In this document: positions 1-3,955 of the stretch, piece by piece
Layout: each line of letters starts with the position of its first letter
How positions within the stretch are numbered: position 1 is the stretch's first letter
NCBI GenBank assembly: GCA_028693335.1
Contig: JAQUVR010000030.1
Span: 1 to 6,935, forward strand
Length of the DNA stretch: 6,935 bases
Source of the DNA: Candidatus Iainarchaeum sp.
Lineage (GTDB): Archaea > Iainarchaeota > Iainarchaeia > Iainarchaeales > CSSED10-239
Direction: 5' to 3'
Notes under the pieces: generated by a model
Told to the model about the DNA's origin: nothing
Seen by the model: the letters and a program-made list of their open reading frames with translations, nothing else
The model's database searches: none
Position numbers and translations under genes: made by a program

Positions 1-177
1 CAAATTTGCTTGTGTGATCTTGAAACCATAGATCACTATAAAAATTTAAGGCACGATCTTTCTGATTGTAAAAGAATGCATATTGACAAATCTTTTGTGA
101 TGTTGTTTAAAGTAAATAAAAAAAGCAAAGAAATTATTTTTTATAAAATAAGTCATCATGATTTTGCATACAAGTGA
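1..177 (+). CDS. 3' fragment (58 codons plus stop) of a RelE/YafQ-type type II toxin (mRNA interferase); the 5' end lies outside the window
   Basis: Not in the supplied ORF track because it runs off the left edge. Frame 1 reads QICLCDLETIDHYKNLRHDLSDCKRMHIDKSFVMLFKVNKKSKEIIFYKISHHDFAYK, with stop TGA at 175-177. The pattern DH..L...L...R..HI..(hydrophobic strand)K......I.F..I..H....Y matches the C-terminal sheet and catalytic His/Arg region of RelE/ParE-superfamily toxins. From memory it is closest to YafQ (DHPLQGSWKGYRDAHVEPDWILIYKLTDKLLRFERTGTHAALF). Confidence 0.5.
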   Translation, partial: QICLCDLETIDHYKNLRHDLSDCKRMHIDKSFVMLFKVNKKSKEIIFYKISHHDFAYK

Positions 178-183
178 ATAAAA

Positions 184-855
184 ATGTCTGAAAAAATAAC
201 CATAATTTGCGATCTAAGAGAAAGAGCTTCTCAAGTAATGTCTGAATTATTAAAATTAAGTACAGATAAAATAACTATAGAAATTTTACAAGAACAACTA
301 TCAGTTGGAGATTATCAAATAACTGATGATATTGTTATTGAAAGAAAAACGCTTGCAGATCTTAATGCCTCAATAATAGATGGTAGAATATTTGATCAAT
401 TAGAAGATCTATTAAATATAAAGAGATCTGCATTGATTATTGAAGGAACTATTGATTATCTTGATAATTCTAAAGGGATAAACAAAAAAGCAATTGTTGG
501 TTTATTAACCAAAATTGGTATAGAATACAGAATCCCTATCTTCTTTACAAAAAATCAAAAAGAAACCGCATTATTCTTATATGTAATTGCAAAAAAGGAA
601 CAACTTGGAAATGGCAATAAAGAAAACAGATTAAGATTTAGTAAAACTAAAATGTCTTTTTCAGAAAGACAATTGTTTATTATGGAGTCATTTCCAGATA
701 TTGGCCCAACAGTTGCAAAATCATTATTATTAGAATTTAAGAGTATAAAAAACATAGCAAATGCAGAAATAAAAGATTTGCAAAAAGTTTCAAAAATGGG
801 CCCAAAAAAAGCAGAGAAAATAAAATATCTTTTTGAAAGGTCTTTTTGTGATTAA
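184..855 (+). CDS. xpf: Short-form XPF/ERCC4-family structure-specific endonuclease (nuclease domain plus tandem helix-hairpin-helix, no helicase domain)
   Basis: 223-aa ORF with a complete ERCC4 signature: IICDLRE near the N-terminus, VGDYQI (GDY at nt 307-315) and IVIERKTLADLNASIIDGRIFDQ (ERK at nt 340-348). The C-terminal (HhH)2 is FPDIGPTVAKSLLLEF followed by VSKMGPKKAEKI. An SD-like AGTGA (173-177) sits 6 nt before the ATG. Confidence 0.85.
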   Translation: MSEKITIICDLRERASQVMSELLKLSTDKITIEILQEQLSVGDYQITDDIVIERKTLADLNASIIDGRIFDQLEDLLNIKRSALIIEGTIDYLDNSKGINKKAIVGLLTKIGIEYRIPIFFTKNQKETALFLYVIAKKEQLGNGNKENRLRFSKTKMSFSERQLFIMESFPDIGPTVAKSLLLEFKSIKNIANAEIKDLQKVSKMGPKKAEKIKYLFERSFCD

Positions 856-857
856 TT

Positions 858-1379
858 TTATTTAATAGATCTTTGACTCATTTTTTCAATAATTTCTGAT
901 ATTTCTGATTGTGATTTTAAATTGTATTTTTTAATAATTTCTTTTTTATTAAAGCTTTTAGATGTTATTTTTTTTTCAATGAAATTCTTAAATAAAAAAT
1001 AATTTGTTTCTTTTTCTGATATTTTTTTCTTAGAAATAAAGCAAATGAAATGATCTTTGTCATAAACTAATTTTTCTAATTTACTTAATTGATCTGTACA
1101 ATTAATGGTTAATAACATTTCTTTATTAAGATCATTTGATACATTTAATTTATCCGAAATTCTGTGTTTTGTAATAAAAATCGCCCAGTTTAGATGATCT
1201 GTACTATATACCAAAGATTGAGGGATTATTGCAATTTCTAGATTTTTGAGCTTTTTTTGTACTTTTATCTCTTCAATCCTTTTTAAATAATTTTCTATAG
1301 TAATATTAGTTATAGATCCATAGATATATTTAATATAGATCTTGTTATTCTCTAAATCAAAACAAAAATCATTGTTCAT
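858..1379 (-). CDS. cgi121: Probable KEOPS complex subunit Cgi121-like protein
   Basis: 173-aa ORF, a typical size for the family. The central segment IAIIPQSLVYSTDHLNWAIFITKHRISDKLNVSNDLNKEMLLTINCTDQLSKLEKLV...HFICFI follows the archaeal Cgi121 pattern as I recall it from M. jannaschii (ILNADVVATKKHVLHAINQA...IAKSFWMEILVRASGQRQIHEAIK...NVCLI). This is a remembered pattern match, not a computed alignment. The gene converges on xpf with only 2 nt between the stop codons. Confidence 0.45.
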   Translation of the reverse strand: MNNDFCFDLENNKIYIKYIYGSITNITIENYLKRIEEIKVQKKLKNLEIAIIPQSLVYSTDHLNWAIFITKHRISDKLNVSNDLNKEMLLTINCTDQLSKLEKLVYDKDHFICFISKKKISEKETNYFLFKNFIEKKITSKSFNKKEIIKKYNLKSQSEISEIIEKMSQRSIK

Positions 1380-1448
1380 ATTTGTTTTGTAAGAAAAACA
1401 GTTTTTAAAGTAATTTGTAACATTTAAAATAATGGAGTGACTATTAAA
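1380..1448. promoter_or_regulatory. 69-nt divergent promoter spacer between the cgi121-like gene (minus) and rps8e (plus)
   Basis: An A/T box TTTTTAAA at 1402-1409 lies 22 nt from the minus-strand ATG (A at 1379), which is leaderless geometry for an archaeal TATA box. The same box is about 40 nt from ATG 1449, which would leave a short leader containing the SD-like GGAGTGA (1434-1440). A second A/T box, TTTAAAAT, sits at 1423-1430. Calls rest on position only. Confidence 0.3.
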
Positions 1449-1844
1449 ATGGTAGAATGGAAAAAAACATCAAGAAGAAAGCCAAGTGGCGGAATCAATA
1501 ACGCAGTTAATGCAAAGACAAAGACATTAAGTGAAAAAGGTGGTTCTTTTTCAAAGACAATAATTGCAAAAGAAGATAAGAGATATAAGAGTAGAACTGT
1601 TGGTGGATCAGAAAAACAAAAAGTATCACACGTAGCAAGTGTTTTAGTATCTCAAGGAAATAAAACTAAGTCTTTAAAGTTAATAGATGTGGTTGAAAAT
1701 AAAGCAAATAAACACTATGTAAGACAAAAAGTTTTGACTAAAGGGGCAATTGTTAAAGCAACAATGGACGGTAAGGAAGTTAAAGTAAAAATCACCTCCA
1801 GACCAGGACAATCAGGTCAAATCAATGGAATTGTTGTTGAATAG
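1449..1844 (+). CDS. rps8e: 30S ribosomal protein S8e (eS8)
   Basis: MVEWKKTSRRKPSGG at the N-terminus and VVENKANKHYVRQKVLTKGAIV...KITSRPGQSGQINGIVV at the C-terminus are the hallmark archaeal S8e motifs. I prefer ATG 1449 over the ORF-track GTG 1437, because GGAGTGA (1434-1440) is then a correctly spaced SD and MxxWxG/K is the usual S8e N-terminus. Stop is TAG at 1842-1844. Confidence 0.93.
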   Translation: MVEWKKTSRRKPSGGINNAVNAKTKTLSEKGGSFSKTIIAKEDKRYKSRTVGGSEKQKVSHVASVLVSQGNKTKSLKLIDVVENKANKHYVRQKVLTKGAIVKATMDGKEVKVKITSRPGQSGQINGIVVE

Positions 1845-1918
1845 TTCTTATGTGATCAATCATAAAAAAAACCAAATCACAAAATATTTTTAAAAAAATA
1901 AAAAGTGATCTTGGCAAA

Positions 1919-1950
1919 AAAAAAGAAAGACAAAAAGCGCTTTCTTTTTT
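1919..1950 (+). terminator. Perfect 11-bp A/T-rich inverted repeat ending in a T6 tract; possible rps8e terminator or regulatory hairpin
   Basis: AAAAAAGAAAG (1919-1929) and CTTTCTTTTTT (1940-1950) are exact reverse complements separated by a 10-nt loop (ACAAAAAGCG). More T-runs follow at 1956-1960 and 1967-1974. Only 2 G:C pairs, so the stem is weak. The region is alternatively the coding N-terminus of the next gene (see findings). Confidence 0.3.
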
Positions 1951-1984
1951 AATTCTTTTTTTAGTATTTTTTTTAATAATTTAT

Positions 1985-2434
1985 TTGTTGTTAACAAAGA
2001 CTTTTTTGTATAAACAAATAAACATTTTTTTTGCAGTTACTAGTAGTTTTTTTTTGAGACTTGTTTTTGGAATAAACAACCATTTTATTTATGATTCTTT
2101 TCTTAAAAGTTCAACAATAATCATTTCAAATTTAGAATACCCGTTAATAATAAACAAATTGTGCACAGGTATATTAGAATTTAGTTTGTTGTCTGCTGCA
2201 GTTATTGCATCAAAAGGAATATCTATTTTAAAAAGAATTATTGGTTTTTTGATTTCTATATTGGTGGTTATTGTTTTTAATATTTTTAGAATATCATTTA
2301 CTGGTTACTTAATAATAAACTTAAATTTATTTTGGGCAGAAATATTTCATGGAATATTATTTAGATTATTTTTAGTTATTATTGTAATTGGCACCTATTA
2401 CCTTTGGTTAAAAAAAAACATGCTGTGTGATTAA
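1985..2434 (+). CDS. Miniature archaeosortase/exosortase-family integral membrane protein (putative transpeptidase); 5' end uncertain
   Basis: 149-aa polytopic hydrophobic ORF. It carries the three family signature residues in typical contexts: LIINKLCTGILEF (Cys60, nt 2162-2164), VVIVFNIFRISFTG (Arg102, nt 2288-2290) and AEIFHGILFRLF (His122, nt 2348-2350). The only canonical in-frame start is TTG 1985, and the frame stays open upstream to 1856. Confidence 0.6.
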   Translation: MLLTKTFLYKQINIFFAVTSSFFLRLVFGINNHFIYDSFLKSSTIIISNLEYPLIINKLCTGILEFSLLSAAVIASKGISILKRIIGFLISILVVIVFNIFRISFTGYLIINLNLFWAEIFHGILFRLFLVIIVIGTYYLWLKKNMLCD

Positions 2435-2436
2435 TT

Positions 2437-3267
2437 ATGCCAACAAAAAGACCATCAAAAAATCCAATAACCTTTATTGGTGAAAAAAACAGAATTGTTT
2501 TTACTGATTTAATTCCAACACTTAGAAAAATCCAAAGACAAAAATATGCCATTTTAATTGAGCAAGAAAAAGAAAGATCAAAAGCAGTTACTCAAAAAGT
2601 AAAAGATTTACAAAGAGAAATGGAAAGAAGGTTTTTTACAACAGACCCAAAAACAAAAGCAAGAAAACCATTTAAATTTTCTGATCTCTCTCCAAAAATG
2701 CAAAGAAACCTAGAAAGATTTTTATTTAGAAAAATAAAACAACTGGATCTTTCAACATTTTCAATAAAGCAAAAAGAAGAACTACTGGCAGATGTTAGAA
2801 GATTATTATTTGATATAAAAGCCAAAAAAAATAGAAAACAATTACTCTTGAAAAGCACAGCAAAACAACAACTTTTAGAAGATGTTATGCCTGATTTTAA
2901 TAAATTAAAAGAAAAAGATAAGCGAACAATTAATACCATAATAAACTATAACTTATCACTTTTAACCACAAACACATATATTACAAGTAATGAATATAAT
3001 ATGTTAAGAGAAAAAGTTGTTTTAGAAATTAGAAGGATAAATACCAATTATGTTGTTATAGAAGAAATAAAAAACGAGTTGTTATCAGATCCAACAACAA
3101 AACGAAAATTTGCAGAAATGAGCGAAATAGAAAAACGTAAGAAACTAAAACAACTAGATCAAATAATTCGTTCAAATCCAAGATATGCAACACCCAGTGG
3201 AAGATCTCAAATTGAGCGAACTTTTGCAAGAATTATGGTTGGTGCTAATGTAAAAAAGAATAAATAA
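2437..3267 (+). CDS. Hypothetical Lys/Arg-rich, predicted helical/coiled-coil cytoplasmic protein (orphan)
   Basis: 276-aa ORF whose ATG is 2 nt after the archaeosortase-like stop. SD-like GTGAT (2427-2431) sits 5 nt upstream, inside the 3' end of the preceding gene, so translational coupling is likely. No signal peptide or TM segment, and I recognise no family motif. Confidence 0.65.
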   Translation: MPTKRPSKNPITFIGEKNRIVFTDLIPTLRKIQRQKYAILIEQEKERSKAVTQKVKDLQREMERRFFTTDPKTKARKPFKFSDLSPKMQRNLERFLFRKIKQLDLSTFSIKQKEELLADVRRLLFDIKAKKNRKQLLLKSTAKQQLLEDVMPDFNKLKEKDKRTINTIINYNLSLLTTNTYITSNEYNMLREKVVLEIRRINTNYVVIEEIKNELLSDPTTKRKFAEMSEIEKRKKLKQLDQIIRSNPRYATPSGRSQIERTFARIMVGANVKKNK

Positions 3268-3269
3268 TC

Positions 3270-3653
3270 TTATTTTTCTTCTTTTATTAATTTTTTTACT
3301 TGTTCAACTGTTGTATATTCTAATGGATTAATATTATCTATAATGTACTTCATTTCCTTTAATTCATCAGACTTTGCATATCTTTTAGAAAAAAGTTCTA
3401 ATGTTGCTTCAATATTTTTTACTTTTTGTTCCATATTTTTTAATTTATCTAAAATTTCATTAATTTGTTCATTATTAATTGTAGATCCACTATTACTTGC
3501 ACCATTAACACTAGCAATCTTTTTATTTAATATAAGTATATTTCTACCAAGAATTTTTTCATTATGAACAAGATACTTAATTTTTTGTGAAAGTACAAGT
3601 ATACTTGATTGAAGGGCCTTAATATCTTGTGAGCTTCCTTGATCGTCTGCCAT
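3270..3653 (-). CDS. Hypothetical small coiled-coil protein (helix, Gly/Ser/Asn linker, helix)
   Basis: 127-aa ORF with an acidic N-terminus (MADDQGSSQD) and heptad-like segments on either side of ASVNGASNSGSTINN. No TM or signal peptide. I considered prefoldin beta but the beta-hairpin pattern is absent. Its stop is 2 nt from the stop of the convergent 276-aa gene. Confidence 0.6.
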   Translation of the reverse strand: MADDQGSSQDIKALQSSILVLSQKIKYLVHNEKILGRNILILNKKIASVNGASNSGSTINNEQINEILDKLKNMEQKVKNIEATLELFSKRYAKSDELKEMKYIIDNINPLEYTTVEQVKKLIKEEK

Positions 3654-3883
3654 TTTTTTTCAAATTTTTAAATTGTTTTATAAAAGTGTTCTAATATAAA
3701 ATATATTTGAAAAGTTTATAATAGAATCCTTTTTTTGTAAAAATAGAAATTAACAATCTTTTTAAAGGGTTTGTTTCAAATATATTTATTAATTATACAA
3801 AGTTAATTACAAAAGGATTGTTTAATAACCAAACAGACATTTACCTCATTTTTTTAAAAATAAATTAAAAAAGGAAAAAATTT
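3654..3883. promoter_or_regulatory. 230-nt divergent intergenic/promoter region, the longest non-coding stretch in the window
   Basis: Palindromic TTTTATAAAA at 3676-3685 lies 22 nt upstream of the minus-strand ATG (A at 3653), which is leaderless TATA geometry. An A/T box at about 3851-3870 and a weak SD AGGA (3872-3875, 8 nt spacer) precede ATG 3884. No GC-rich segment suggests a structured RNA. Confidence 0.3.
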
Positions 3884-3955
3884 ATGAACAAAAGAAATAT
3901 GTTTTTGGCAATAATAGCATTGATATTTATATCTATTTTAAATCCAATTAATGCT
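3884..3955 (+). other. Sec-type signal peptide of the surface protein
   Basis: MNKRNMFLAIIALIFISILNPINA / LNF has a basic n-region (KR), a 13-residue hydrophobic core and a small-residue c-region (I-N-A). The cleavage site is estimated by eye. Confidence 0.7.

Noticed and set aside
14-36. Inverted repeat GTGATCT-N9-AGATCAC
   Set aside because: It is a 7-bp stem inside the toxin coding region. TA operators lie upstream of the antitoxin rather than here, and given the general GATC excess this is probably chance.
555-755. 66-aa ORF on the minus strand inside xpf
   Set aside because: It lies entirely antisense to a confidently identified gene and has low-complexity Asn/Phe/Leu-rich content typical of shadow ORFs in AT-rich DNA.
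847-857. Identical 11-mer TGTGATTAATT at the 3' ends of xpf (847-857) and the archaeosortase-like gene (2426-2436), both encoding ...Cys-Asp-stop
   Set aside because: At 2426-2436 it is explained as stop codon plus SD (GTGAT) for the coupled downstream gene. At 847-857 there is no downstream plus-strand gene. Two copies of an AT-rich 11-mer are insufficient to claim a motif.
1437-1448. GTG 1437 as the rps8e start (ORF-track start, adding MTIK)
   Set aside because: The GTG lies inside the SD-like GGAGTGA. ATG 1449 gives proper SD spacing and the canonical S8e N-terminus.
2592-2939. 115-aa ORF on the minus strand inside the 276-aa gene
   Set aside because: It is the antisense shadow of a Lys/Glu-rich gene (AAA/GAA codons read as TTT/TTC), giving Phe/Ser/Leu-rich nonsense. 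It has no start context or recognisable motif.
3343-3567. 74-aa ORF on the plus strand inside the 127-aa minus-strand gene
   Set aside because: It is an antisense shadow ORF. Its Phe/Ile/Leu/Ser-rich composition only mimics a membrane peptide, and the minus-strand frame has the better coding features and promoter geometry.
3725-3819. 9-bp inverted repeat AATCCTTTT / AAAAGGATT, 77 nt apart in the divergent promoter region
   Set aside because: It is A/T-rich and short, so roughly one such match is expected by chance in a 230-nt AT-rich spacer. It cannot be extended on either side.
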